DNA from: Octopus sinensis
Lineage: Eukaryota
DNA: 64,000 nucleotides
Direction of reading: 5' to 3'
Assembly: GCF_006345805.1 (NCBI RefSeq)
Contig: NC_043008.1
Location: 21,390,001-21,454,000, forward strand
Shown here: in pieces, positions 38,264 through 50,910 of the stretch
Layout of the letters: the number at the start of each line of letters is the position of its first letter
Position numbering within the stretch: position 1 is the stretch's first letter
Notes under the pieces: generated by a model
The model's database searches: none
What the model was told of the DNA's origin: nothing
Seen by the model: only the letters and a program-made list of their open reading frames with translations
Position numbers and translations under genes: made by a program

Positions 38264-38429
38264 CATTTGTGTGAGTGCGGTCATGTATGTGTGTATGTGT
38301 GTGTGCATGCATGTGTGTATATATATTTATATATGTGTATACATATATATGTATATTTACATATAAGTTTATATATATATACTATATATCTATATATATA
38401 CATATATATACACATACATATATGTATTC

Positions 38430-38490
<61 letters not shown>

Positions 38491-39584
38491 CATACATATA
38501 TACACACATATATATACATAATATACACACACACACACACACACACTCCCAGACGTACACACACACAGATGCACATACACACACAGACGCACACCCAACA
38601 TATATACACATCTATACACACATGAGGCTCATATAATTGAAACTCACTTGTTTAAATACGCACACCCTTATATATTGTTTTATTTAAAATTTTTCATGTG
38701 ATCCTTAACATTTTTGATTGCAAAATAAGATTATTGATATCAATCATATGAATTATGTATAATATTCCAATCATATTTAATGATTGCAAACAAAGAAAAT
38801 AGGAACGGGTTTTATTTGCCAATAATAATTATTTTTCAGCTGAATTTATAGAATATTATTAATCCTGAATATTACAGAACTCTTTAAAATATATTTAATT
38901 GATTATGGCAATATTTTCCAGTGTTTTTAAAGAAACTTTTAATATTAATCATTAATTTGTTACAATTAAGCATATCTAAATCGCTAATTAAATTTTTATG
39001 AATTCATATGAATAAATAACAGTAGTGACTTTTACAAATATATTTTTCTAACTTGTCATCAATAACCTAATTTGATAATTACTAAATTATTAATTTCAGA
39101 AGTGAAGTGTTTTGTAAAACATTTGCTAAGTACTATTTAAAAATTACTGAATATCTTCGAAATTACATTTGTGTATTTGTTTTGAAAAGACAGATTAAAT
39201 TAAACAGAACAGGATGGGACACATGGAATGGAATGTCACCAAAGAGGTCACAGGTGTGTAACGAAAATTTCCAGATAGTGGACATAAAACGAGAACAATA
39301 TTAAATGAGAGAAGGACGAATATATAGTGCATGTTTTAATTTGGCAAAAAAAATATGACCGTCTCGAAACAGAACAATATTTAAAATTACATTTTCGCAA
39401 AAATATACACAACCATTATTTTTCATTTTTTGAAAATCCTACCTCCTCTCCTGCTTCTTTTATTATATATAACTCAAAGCAATCCAGCGAAGCTATGCAA
39501 AGAAGAACGTCTCAATGTGAATGGTCAGTTACTGGGAAAAACTGAAGAAGTCAAGTCTCTACTCTGAAGAACGAAGGCGGGGGT

Positions 39585-39725
39585 ATACGACTGGCTTCTC
39601 TCGGTTTCCGTGTACCAATTCCACTGACAAGGCTTTTGTCGTCCCGAGGCTATCGTAAAATATATTTACTAAGGACTGAACCCAGAACCATGTGTTGGGA
39701 AGCAAGCGTCTTACCCTCAGTCACA
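39585..39725 (-). mobile_element. Old SINE family A head fragment
   Basis: GGTTTCCGTGTACCAATTCCACTGACAAGGCTTT...CCCGAGGCTATCGTA...GGACTGAACCCAGAACCATGTG. Confidence 0.7.
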
Positions 39726-39987
39726 GTCACAGATACTCCACCCCTCTCTCCCCATTTCTTAATAGGCTGCTAACGTATTCCCTCTTAATATATTATTTAA
39801 GCCTTCATTTCCTGTACTACAAACACTGAAGCGTGCAGGATTTGTTTTCAATTCTGTAATTTCAATCTTATACACGTACTTGTGGCAACATTTTACATGT
39901 TTACTCATACAGCCGTCATATTTTCACAGTCATACACAATACCATCTCACACACAAATGCTTTACATACATACTTACATACATACAT

Positions 39988-40287
39988 GTTTGTTCCTTCT
40001 CGAGCCACGCCTGCTCATAGGGCCGGTTTCCCGGTTACTTGGCGTATAGGTTCCCTACCTGGACGCAACGTCGGTCCGTCGCAGGTGAGCTGCTAGATAC
40101 AGGAGGAAAGAGTGAGAGAAAGTTGTGGCGGAAGTGTCGGCAGAAGTTCGACATTACCTTCTGCCGGAGCCGCGTGGAGCTTAGGTGTTTCGCTCATAAA
40201 CACACACATCGCCCGGTCTGAGATTCGAACCCACGATCCCTCGACCACAAGTCCCCTGCTCTAACTACTAAGCCATGTGCCTCCACA
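39988..40287 (-). mobile_element. SINE family C, full-length
   Basis: Reverse complement of TGTGGAGGCACATGGCTTAGTAGTTAGAGCAG...GGGTTCGAATCTCAGACCGGGC...GGCTCGAGAAGGAACAAAC. Confidence 0.92.
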
Positions 40288-40576
40288 CATACATACATAC
40301 ATACATACGTACATACATACATACATACATACATACATACATTACATACACACATACATGCATACATACACACATACATACATACATACACACATACATA
40401 CATACATACATACATACATACACACACGCATACATACACACACACATACATACATACATACACACACACATACACACACATACATACATACATACATACA
40501 TACATACATACACACATACATACATACATACATACATACAAACATACACACATACATACATACATACATACATACA

Positions 40577-40607
<31 letters not shown>
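40285..40607. repeat. (CATA)n/(CA)n compound microsatellite
   Basis: Direct reading. Confidence 0.95.
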
Positions 40608-40608
<1 letters not shown>

Positions 40609-41190
40609 ATCTTAGTGATTCGATATCTATATTCCTTTATTGTATAAATTCCGTCCAATCAACCTTTCTACTTACTAGAAATATGTTTGATGTTTTCTGC
40701 TGCAGTAATTCGTTGAAAAATTTGCTTACGGATCACCATCAAAAGAGATTTATATGACAGCAAACAGCATGTGGTTCCAAAGACTTCGCTTCTAGAATTC
40801 GATGTATTTAAAATATACAAGAGAAATCAGTTTTGAAACAAATGAATTTTCGCAGACAAAATGAAGAATTGTTATTTTCATTCATCCAATTCCTTTGTGG
40901 CCGTTATTGCGTTGCTGCCAGATGTTTCCTTCACTCTTTTGAACCTTGCGTGTGACATCTTTCACCTATAGATGTATGTATTAACCGTATATTACTTTCA
41001 TGTACGATCCTGTCATAAAAACCTTTGTAAATATGTGATATTCAGTTGCATAGTGTTGTGTTGGTAAACTAACAAAACAGTTTGCAGACTGTCGAAAGCA
41101 CTATACAGTTGTGACAATGCTTCAGATTAAACAACTTCCTCTGACCGGGTCCACCTAATTTGTGAGTGTGTAGATGAGTATATATATATA

Positions 41191-41598
41191 AGCGTAGGAA
41201 TGGCTGTGTGGTAAGTAGCTTGTTTACCAATCACATGGTTCGGGGTTCAGTCCCACTGCGTGACACCTTGGGCAAGTGTCTTCTACTATAGCCTCGAGCT
41301 GACCAAAGACTTCTGAGTGGATTTGGTAGACGGAAACTGAAAGAAGTCCGTCGTATATATGTATGTATAAATATATATATATATATATGTGTGTGTGTGT
41401 CTATATGTTTGTCCCCCGACCCCAACATTGGTTGACAACCGATGGTGGTGTGTTTACGTCCCCGTTAACTTAGCGGTTCGGCAAAAGAGACCGATAGAAT
41501 AAGTACTAAGCTTACAAAGAATATGTCCTGGGGGTCGATTTACTCGACTAAAGGCGGTGCTCCATCATGGCCACAGTCAAATGACTGAAACAAGTAAA

Positions 41599-41601
<3 letters not shown>
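41191..41601 (+). mobile_element. SINE family A, full-length
   Basis: Head, internal (TA/TG)n and tail AAATGACTGAAACAAGTAAAAG. Confidence 0.93.
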
Positions 41602-41644
<43 letters not shown>

Positions 41645-42117
41645 TGTGTGTATACATATACACATACATACATACAGGCGTAAGTGTATATTTTTTATTA
41701 GATTCTTCTTCAATACTAACTGAAATATAAAACGGTGACCTGGCAGACGCATTGGCACACCGGACAAAATGTTTAGCGGCATTTGGGCCGCCTTTTACAT
41801 TTTGAGTTCAAATTCCGTTGAGGTTAAATTTACATTTAAGCTAAACAATGGGGTCGATGTAATCGAATTACCCCTCTCCCATGAAACTGCTGGCCTTGTG
41901 CCATAATTTGAAGCTAATATTAACTGAAATATATTCAGTGTATTTGAGCAGAACTATAGTACGAAACACAGAGCCAACTAATATCTATCAACTGAATTTT
42001 GTTGTTTTATTTCGTTTCTGTTTGTAATGTTACAATTAGAGATGTCAATTAATAAAGATTTTATAAGAATTTTACGAACAAAAACTGAAACTAGAAGCGT
42101 AGATTATCAGACTAGAT

Positions 42118-42473
42118 CAGAGGTTCTCAACCATTATTTATAAAATCTATGGATCCCGTTGATTAATATTTTATTCTGGCGGACGCTCATAACAATTCGA
42201 TATTCAAAAACTAATATTATAGAAACTTCTCTCAAAATCCCTACTTTGTTTTTCTAACATTAAATAATGAAGGTGAACAGTGTAAAATAGTAGAGAAAGA
42301 AACCTAGCTGTTTATTACAATACATACCAATACATACATCAAAAGCAAAAACAAATGTTCTTGGGGCCTGAAAATACTATTGTGGATCGTCAGTTTACTA
42401 TTTTGTTGTGTGAACCCCTAAAGATCTTTTATGGATCCTCAGGGGCCATATGAACTCCTGTTGAGAACTACTG
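42118..42473. mobile_element. hAT (Charlie/Buster-type) MITE
   Basis: TIRs CAGAGGTTCTCAAC / GTTGAGAACTACTG; perfect 8-bp TSD GACTAGAT (42110-42117 and 42474-42481) with central TA. Confidence 0.92.
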
Positions 42474-42563
42474 GACTAGATGTTCATGAAGAAAATATTC
42501 AAATGTACCAGAGTTTATTTTATTTTCTATTTTGTATGAGTTTATTTTACATCTCGTCAATCT

Positions 42564-42790
42564 TATCTTTCTTTCCTGCCTACAAGAGGCTACACACAGA
42601 GGGAACAAACAAGGACAGACAAACGGATTAAGTCGATTATATCGACTCCAGTGCGTAACTGGTACTTGTTTAATCGACTCCGAAAGGCAAAGTCGACCTC
42701 GGCGGAATTTGAACTCAGAAAGTAGCGGCAGACGAAATCCCGCTAAGCATTCCGCCCGGTGTGCTAACGTTTCAGCCAGCTCGCCGCCTT
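42564..42790 (-). mobile_element. SINE family B monomer
   Basis: Reverse complement of the family B consensus, with an 8-nt deletion (CCGAAAGGCAAAG). Confidence 0.9.
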
Positions 42791-43022
42791 CTCGTTTCGT
42801 CTATCCATTCAGCTATCGAGAAGTGTTATTTCATAAGAGTGGCAGCCTTTCCAGGAGAAAGATATATCTCATCTTCTTTTCGCACCAGGACACTAAAGCT
42901 ATGCACCGGATGTCCTTGGATCTAGGCATTTTAGTTTTATACTTTAAAGTCAAAAATATGCACTGGGGATATATATTTGTGTTCGTACGGTATGTATAAA
43001 TGTTTATACTTATGTACGCTGT

Positions 43023-43237
43023 GTTATGTCATACTGATGACAGTAAAGAAAGTTATACCCTGAACTAGAAATTAATTGATCTATGGATAAACCTTTTAAA
43101 AAAATCTTTTTCGTGCATTTCCCTCGCTTCCAGCTCCTGTTTATGTGATAAACAAGGTAGTTTTAGAGTCATTTGACATCTTCTTCTAGCATATGGCACT
43201 ACCAACTACCATGTAGTTTGCCCTTATTATCATTTGT
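43023..43237 (+). repeat. ~210-bp repeat; inverted paralog at 48971-49176
   Basis: GTTATGTCATACTGATGAC.GTAAAG...CTGAACTAGAAATTAA...AAATCTTTTTCGTGCATTTCCCTCG.TTCCAGC...GTAGTTTTAGAGTCATTTGACATC...GTTTGCCCTTATTA is shared by both copies. Confidence 0.85.
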
Positions 43238-43794
43238 GCGTGTATGCGTATATATGTGTGTCTGTGTGGGTGTGTCCGTGTGTGTGTGCTAGTGGATATA
43301 AATAATATATATACATATATACAGACATACACATATATGTAGATACAGGAATATATTTATAAGTTCGTTTCTATATTTGTACTATTTCATCTTGACTGCT
43401 AATTGCTCTGTGCTGTAATATTGCCGTTTCGTTGTCTTTTATGGTGTTTAAATATATCAAGAGAATGTCAGGTTTTCAGTTGGCTTGTCACATAAATCCT
43501 AACTGCAAAGCATTACTGCTTCAAATAGATAAATATGCTGATTTCTAATAAATTTTCGGCACGTAGAGGGCACGGTCAATTTAATCGTGAACATCAGCGA
43601 ATGCGGTGTCTTAGGGCTTATATGTATCGCATATCTAACAATTATTTATTTTAATTGCTTATTCTCATTAGAAACTTTCTTTCTCTAACTTGTTGTACGC
43701 TTACATTCTTGCATCGAGGACAATATTGTGCGTAAAAACAAAATGCAAAATACCATCTTCAGTGAAAGACCAATCGACAGATCAATCAGTCAAC

Positions 43795-44232
43795 AAACCG
43801 CCACCCAACCAAGCAACCAACCATCCAAGCAACAAAGTAACCAAGCAAGCAACCAAGCAAGCAACCAACCAACCAAGCAATCAACCAATCAACCAACCAA
43901 CCAACCAACCAACCAACCAACTAACCAAGCAAGCAAGCAAGCAACCGACCAACCAACCAACCAACCAATCACCAATCAACCAACCAACCAACAACCAACA
44001 ACCAAGCAAGCAAGCAAGCAACCGACCAACCAACCAACCAACCAACCAACAACCAACAACCAACAACCAACCTACCAACCAATCAACCAACCAGCCAACA
44101 ACCAAGCAACCGACCAACCAACCAACCAAGCAACCAACCAACCAAACAAGCAATCAACCAACCAACCAACCAACCAACCAACCGACCAACCAGCCAGCCA
44201 GCCGACAACCAGCCGACCGACGGACCGACCAA
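43795..44232. repeat. Degenerate (CAAC)n/(CAAG)n tetranucleotide satellite
   Basis: Direct reading; explains the Q/P/T/N-rich and W/L/V/G-rich ORFs. Confidence 0.92.
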
Positions 44233-44600
44233 CAAACTTGCCGATTATACAATGATCAATAACCCGTCAATAAAAAAGTAATATCTATGAAATTAGAACA
44301 ACTTTTTTTCTTTTTTGGTTTTGCGAAAACAAAGTTACGTGGTGATTAATCTGGTTAGTTGATCAGCTTCAAAAAAAAAAAAGCGTAAAATTATAAAACA
44401 TCTTAAATATATATTTACACCCTGCACACACACACACACACACACATAGGTATACACACATGTATGTGTGTGTATGTATATATATATATATATTATTATA
44501 TAGGTATACACACATATATGTATATATGTATATATGTATGTACGTATGTATGTATATATATATATTTATATATTTATATAGGTATACACACATATATGTT

Positions 44601-44631
<31 letters not shown>

Positions 44632-44674
44632 TCATACATACATACACACATACATACATACATACATACATACA

Positions 44675-44710
<36 letters not shown>

Positions 44711-45137
44711 TATATATACATACATACACACGCACACAACATATAAGTATATGTATGTACGTATATAATCCAATGATTAAAATGTGAAAAAAGGAAGAAT
44801 TAGTTAAATTTTTAACAGACACACTTAGAAAATATTTGAAGGGGAAAATGAGGTAATTTAGATAATTACTCCGAACTTAATGAAAGCTTCTTGAACAAAT
44901 AGTAAACTGTGTATTTATTCAATATTTAACGCGTCACCTGTTATGAAAGGAAAGATAACTCATTAGGTGTTTCGTACTTCCAAGTTGCCTTGTGTCTTCT
45001 TTGTTTCTCTTAGTTGCTTATATTAACTTTAGGGGTCGCCACAGGTTGCAATGTTATAGAATTGGACGAAGATATTTAATACGTGGCATTACGTATCCAT
45101 GTCGTGTCAGTGAGTTCTTATATTATCGCTTGGCCTT

Positions 45138-45545
45138 CTGGCAGAAACGTTAGCACTCCGGGCGAAATGCTTAGCAGTATTTCGTCTGCCGTTACGTTCT
45201 GAGTTCAAATTCCACCGAGGTCGACTTTGCCTTTCATCTTTTCGGGGTCGATTAAATAAGTACCAGTTACGCACCGGCGTCGATGTATATCGACTTAATC
45301 CGTGTGTCTGTCCTTGTTTGTCCTCTCTGTGTTTAGCCCCTTGTGGGTAGTAAAGAAATAGGTATTTCGTCTGCCGCTACGTTCTGAGTTCAAATTCCGC
45401 TGAGGTCGACTTTGCCTTCCATCCTTTCGGGGTCGATAAATTAAGTAACAATTATGTACTGGGGGGTCAGTATAATCGACTTAATCCCGTTGTCTGTCCT
45501 TGTTTGTCCCCTCTATGTTTAGCCCCTTGAAGGCAGTAAAGAAAT
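45138..45545 (+). mobile_element. SINE family B dimer
   Basis: Junction GAAATA|GGTATTTCGTCTG at 45360/45361. Confidence 0.92.
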
Positions 45546-45549
45546 AAGA

Positions 45550-45855
45550 TTTACTATTTTGTTGTGTGAACCCCTAAAATATCTTTTATGGATCCTCAGG
45601 GGCCATATAAAACCCTGTTGGGAACTACTGGATTAGATATTCATGAAGGAAATATTCAAATGTACCAGAGTTTTATTTTACTTACTATTTTGTATAAGTT
45701 TATTTTACATCTCGTCAATCTTATTTCTTTACCGCCCACAAGGGGCTACACACAGAGGGGACAAACAAGGACAGACAAACGGATAAAGTTGATTACATCG
45801 ACCCCAGTGTGTAACTGGTACTTGTTTAATCGATCCCGAAAGGCAAAGTCGACCT
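45550..45855 (+). repeat. 306-bp local duplication of 42394-42699 (MITE right end + TSD + unique flank + SINE B tail)
   Basis: Colinear match including GTTG(A/G)GAACTACTGGA(C/T)TAGAT and the shared SINE deletion CGAAAGGCAAAGTCGACCT. Confidence 0.9.
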
Positions 45856-46597
45856 GTGCCGTCTTTAGTTTGACCCATCGTCTGATATGTCACGAAGTAC
45901 AGATTCTGACGCAGTCCGATATATACATAAACATGGAACCTTTACTGTTCGAACACCGCTGATTTTATAGTTCTAACTGAACCAAGCTCATCACTAGTTA
46001 AATAGCAACGATAACACCGTTTAATAGGCATCTCTCAACGAGTTGCTATATCATTCCGTAAAGCCGCAAGCAACTAATTCTGTATAGCGATGTGTAATGC
46101 TTTATAAACATGTGTTATGCTCATAAATGAATAAAGGATATGGATAAATAATAGATATATCGTCAGATGAAAGTTATCTAGTGAATTTACAACTATGAAA
46201 ACGTTTAACGGAAATCTCTTAACGACTTGATATTGCTTTCTATAATAACTAGGGATAACTGACTCTGTTGTATCGCGTAATGTTTATAAATTTGCAAGAA
46301 GATTATTGACACATATTGAGTAAACCGCCAAGGAAATGTTATTAAAAAAATTTACAAGTACATCTTGAAAAAAAAAGACCCATCTGTATTGCTGTAATTG
46401 CTGACAGCCATGCAATTGAACGTGATAATTTCTTGGCAACCGAATGACATCTGAGAAAGTTTGAAACTATGCTTTGAAATATAGGACTAGAAATGAAACA
46501 TACTCCAAGTTATGCTGACAGATAATTTCCCTGGTCATGATGCCTCCAGATGAAAGCGGAGAAGGTAGTTTAGGTTTATGTATATGTTTAGGTATAT

Positions 46598-46645
46598 GGC
46601 GGCGAGCTGACAGAAACGTTAGCACGTTGTGGGTAGTAAAGAAAT
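46598..46645 (+). mobile_element. Mini SINE B: head fused directly to tail
   Basis: GGCGGCGAGCTGACAGAAACGTTAGCAC|GTTGTGGGTAGTAAAGAAAT; flanked by 21-bp direct repeats (46563-46583, 46646-46666; 20/21 identical). Confidence 0.75.
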
Positions 46646-47356
46646 AGGTAGTTTAGTTTTATGTATCCTCGGAATCGAAGGAATATATACGCTGAGAGAA
46701 TCTTCACTAGACGTCGTAGGTATTGTTTCCTGTGTAATTCCTCGGGATGATATCTGGTGCAACGAATCTCATTATAAGGCACTACTTTACAAGGGCAGAA
46801 TCCCCTCATAGATAAATTGATTGATTTAGGGAATTTTTGAGAATACATGAAATAGAAGCTGCGTAGTTATATCGTCGTCATCGTCGTTGTCGTCGTCAGT
46901 TATCGTCTGCTTTCACAGCGCATTGATGATATCATAGCAAAAGTCTTCCCGATTAAGCGCAAGTTCTCCCGACATCAAAATATTACTTCGTTCTGACTTT
47001 CTGGAAGTGTTTTCTTGGCAGAGATTTTGCGGTGGTTTGCCATTGCCTTCACTAGCTGGATGGCCTTTGGACCGTAAGGAGCTCACTCAACCTTCTGCAA
47101 ATCTTGTTTTTAATCCTGCTGGGTATCCACACATGTTCCTCACAAGAATAGCAAGCTATTCAAGTGGGGAAGCCGGTATGATCGCCGACCATTCGACCAT
47201 GGAACAGGTAGAACAGGTTTCATCAGCCTGTAATGAGATCGCTGGTCTTTTCTCTATTTTGGTATTTGGATCTCTGTCTAGATTGTTGATACAAACTGTT
47301 AGGAGAAATACTTAATCTCTGCTGCACATGTTGAGTTCTCTTTTCCCACACACACA

Positions 47357-47407
<51 letters not shown>

Positions 47408-48307
47408 GCGCGCGCGTGCCCATACATTTTCATTAAAACAGAAGATGCTACTTCGCGACGATTGGGAAATAATTCTGATGTTGTTTCTGTTATTTTGTTC
47501 GGATTGTAATGCCATTCTGCATCGGCTTAAACAAGTCTCCAATTAATGAAATATTCCACACACTAGCCAACAATGGAAAAATATAATGAATAGAAATAAA
47601 ATGAAGAAATAAGTCGAAGAAAATATTCCTGAATAGGCTTGAGTAAGTGTCCTTTTCTCTATGTTTTATATAATTTTGGTTTTCCCAAACTCACATACGA
47701 ACACACATCGATAATGACATACGAACGGAACAAGACAAAACGTGACACAAAATGGGATTATATGATTTCATATGATTCAGTTAGAGAAAAAAAAATATAA
47801 GGATTCCGTATTTCCATTGATAGATTAAATAAAAGGCTTTCATTCTTCATGTACTTCCATCTTGGTTTGTAAATTTTATATTCATAACGTCATAACGTTT
47901 GTTATATTTTTTAATGATAATCGCTATATAATTTTGAATCAAAACAAGCTTGTTATATGAGAATTCTTAATAATAATATTACTGTTTGGCAGACGATTTT
48001 TGTCCAAGTGATTGCCATTATCATATTGTGTTATACAATTTTTCTCGCTGTAAGTGTTGGAGAAATCAGTCAATATAATTTATTGTAGGTATATCGACAA
48101 TAGCTATTTCATAGACTGTGACAAAATTGTTTGACTCTTACGTACACTTCCGTTTCAGAATTGTGTCGCCTCGCCCTTGTCCACTCTGTCTAGCATTTCA
48201 TCACTTCCTCTCCCTTGCACTCATGTAGTGCACCATACTGATATAATGCACCTCTTGTATACATGCATACATACATACATACATACATACATACATACAT
48301 ACATACA

Positions 48308-48341
<34 letters not shown>

Positions 48342-48415
48342 CATACATACATACATACATACATACATACATACATACATAAATATATTCATGTATGTAC
48401 ATATATGTGTATGTC

Positions 48416-48462
<47 letters not shown>

Positions 48463-48465
<3 letters not shown>

Positions 48466-48640
48466 CCTCCGTTTTCCCTTCCTTGGATCTTTCCTTTTCC
48501 TATGTTTCTGACGAAAAGCTCCGCTCGAAACGGTAAAATCTCCTTCTTTCCTTCTTTCCTGAGCATCCAATAACACTATACTTGTTCCACGTCCTCGCGT
48601 TGTTGTGTTTTCTCTTTGTGTCTTCATGTTTGGATTAACT
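48463..48640 (+). mobile_element. Hammerhead-bearing repeat (copy 2) with degenerate hammerhead at 48504-48538
   Basis: GTTT-CTGACGA-A-AAGC-TCC-GCTC-GAAAC-GGT-AAAA; paralog of 13296-13470. Confidence 0.8.
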
Positions 48641-48863
48641 ATTTATATATATATATATATGTATATATATTTATATAAATAAGGATAAGATCGTTATTTA
48701 GATATCGAACTTATCAAGTGGCAAGCATAGGAATAAAAACCTTCAAAGGTAATAATTATTATTAAAATTGACATCTGGGTAACATCTTTTAACGTGGTTT
48801 TAGAGTCAAGTTTTGGCTGCTATTTCAAGAGTGGTGGTATCTCTTAGATACCCTAAATTATAA

Positions 48864-48924
<61 letters not shown>

Positions 48925-50519
48925 GCACTAATGCACAAACACACACACAGACACACATACACATACATACACAAATTCTAATAAGGGCAAACAACATAGT
49001 AGTGTCATATGCTAAAAGATGTCAAATGACTCTAAAACTACATTGTTTATAACATCGATAGAGGCTGGAAACGAGGGAAATGCACGAAAAAGATTTTATA
49101 AAAAAGGCTTAGCCGTAGATGAGTTAATTTCTAGTTCAGGTTATACGTTCCTTTACCGTCATCAGTATGACATAACTCAATGTTCATAATTATAAACGTT
49201 TATACATACCATACAACCACAAACGTATCCCCCAATGCATCTACAACTGTTTATATTTATATACACAGTTTAAATCTAGATCGTTCATCTCAGCCACGTA
49301 TAAATAACCAAAATAATTCAGCAGCGAATAAATTGATTGAAGTGAATTCATATTTATTATTATAACGAGCAAAACGTCCCCCGCCCAATGGACGGTGCTG
49401 AGTTGTCAAACATTTAAACCAAAAGTAGGAATGGATTCAGTACCTCATCTTGAAGGCCCCTACCAGGAACTCCTAATTCGTTACATTTAATTCTGTTATT
49501 TCTGCTTTATTTTTGTACCAGAAATGACACGTTGGATGTCTTTTCTAACAATGTCTAAACGTGTGGATCATTGAAGACGTAATTAATAATGTAATTGATG
49601 CGTTCACTAATGTGTAGATATGTAGATTTATGTAAGGAATTTCTGAAGAAAATGTCATGGAAATATGATCAGATATTCATGTCATATCTTTACGTTGAAA
49701 CTTGAAACGAACAATTGCGAACAACTAGGTTTTGTTTTCAATTTTAACAGTAAGGAGAGATAGTGATTTTTGATACACTTAGTAGATAGCACATTTAAAT
49801 GGGAATGGTATAATCGTTTGGGTGACACCACATACGAATTTCTGATTGGCTTGTGAAAGCAGATGTCGAAGAGAGTGAAATTTGAACGCAGTGTGTAAAG
49901 AGAAGAAATTATATAACATAATGCATTCAGTTTGGCGTCCTGCCATTTTTACTAACCGTCACAGATGTATAAAGATTGGTAATAAAGTTATGAAATTATA
50001 TAGATAGAACAGAGGCTAGTGGCGGTATTATTCTGATATGTCAAAATTAACTATTCAAGAGCATTTAGTCTGGAGTTAATTTCTGGTTTGAGTCTAATGT
50101 AAAAGTTTTACATTAAAGGTTAGTAAGACACTAGTAGAAAAATAAATATTTTATTTCTAACACGGAAGAGACATTTAATACTTGAGACTGGGAACCATAA
50201 TTCGCAATGACACAGAGAATATACAATTGGTGTCTGTTGTTAGAAAGAGAATATTCATTTTTCTAATTCAGTTTTTCAGTAATTCGATGGCAAGCTTTCA
50301 CTTAGGACTTCCAAATGAAATTACCTCAACGCTAAAGTGGTAATTTGTTCAACTTGTAATAGTCTCTTTAGTCCTGATACTTGAGTTGAAATAGCAATTT
50401 TCTTTTAATAAAAATATATAGAAATATTATTGTGACTATTTAAGTAAGTTACAAGAAATATGATGCTATGTAATCAATAAAAATATAAGTTTTTTTCAAC
50501 GAAAGATCCAAACACCGAT

Positions 50520-50730
50520 ATTGGTTTCAGATTTCGGCACAAAGCCAGCAATTTCGAGGAAGGGGCTAAGTCGATTACATCAGTCTTAGTACTTGACTGG
50601 TACCTATTTTATCGACCCCAAAAAGATGAAAGTCGACATCGGTGGAATTTGAACTTATAATGAAAAGTCGAACGAAATGCAGCTAAAGCATTTTCCCGGC
50701 GCGCTAATGATACTGCCAGTTCGCCGCCTT
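50520..50730 (-). mobile_element. SINE family B-type variant
   Basis: TCGATTACATC...TTTTATCGACCCC...GTCGACATCGGTGGAATTTGAAC...GCGCTAATGATACTGCCAGTTCGCCGCCTT. Confidence 0.8.
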
Positions 50731-50878
50731 CCCAGAAATCCCTATTAGGCTTAATGTAAAGGCCTTAGAAGATGCAAGTGCTTCGAACCTTCTATTCTAG
50801 TTCAGGGCAGATGCAGGATTGTTTTTGTTTTGTTAATTGTTATTGGAATATTACTGATGTATATTTTATTCACCCCAG

Positions 50879-50910
50879 ATGGAAAGTTTATCCATTGGAT
50901 ACGATTTGAA
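50879..50910 (+). other. Candidate 32-nt micro-exon of an unidentified gene
   Basis: Branch-like CTGAT, TTTTATTCACCCCAG| acceptor, |GTAAGA donor; two frames open (DGKFIHWIRFE or MESLSIGYDL). No homology recognised. Confidence 0.25.

Noticed and set aside
43690-44262. 190-aa and 175-aa Q/P/T/N-rich ORFs
   Set aside because: Translation of the (CAAC)n satellite; open in several frames and on both strands.
49638-49677. CTGAAGA...GAAA...ATC hammerhead-like match
   Set aside because: No plausible stem II and only weak A/U stem I; expected by chance in AT-rich DNA.
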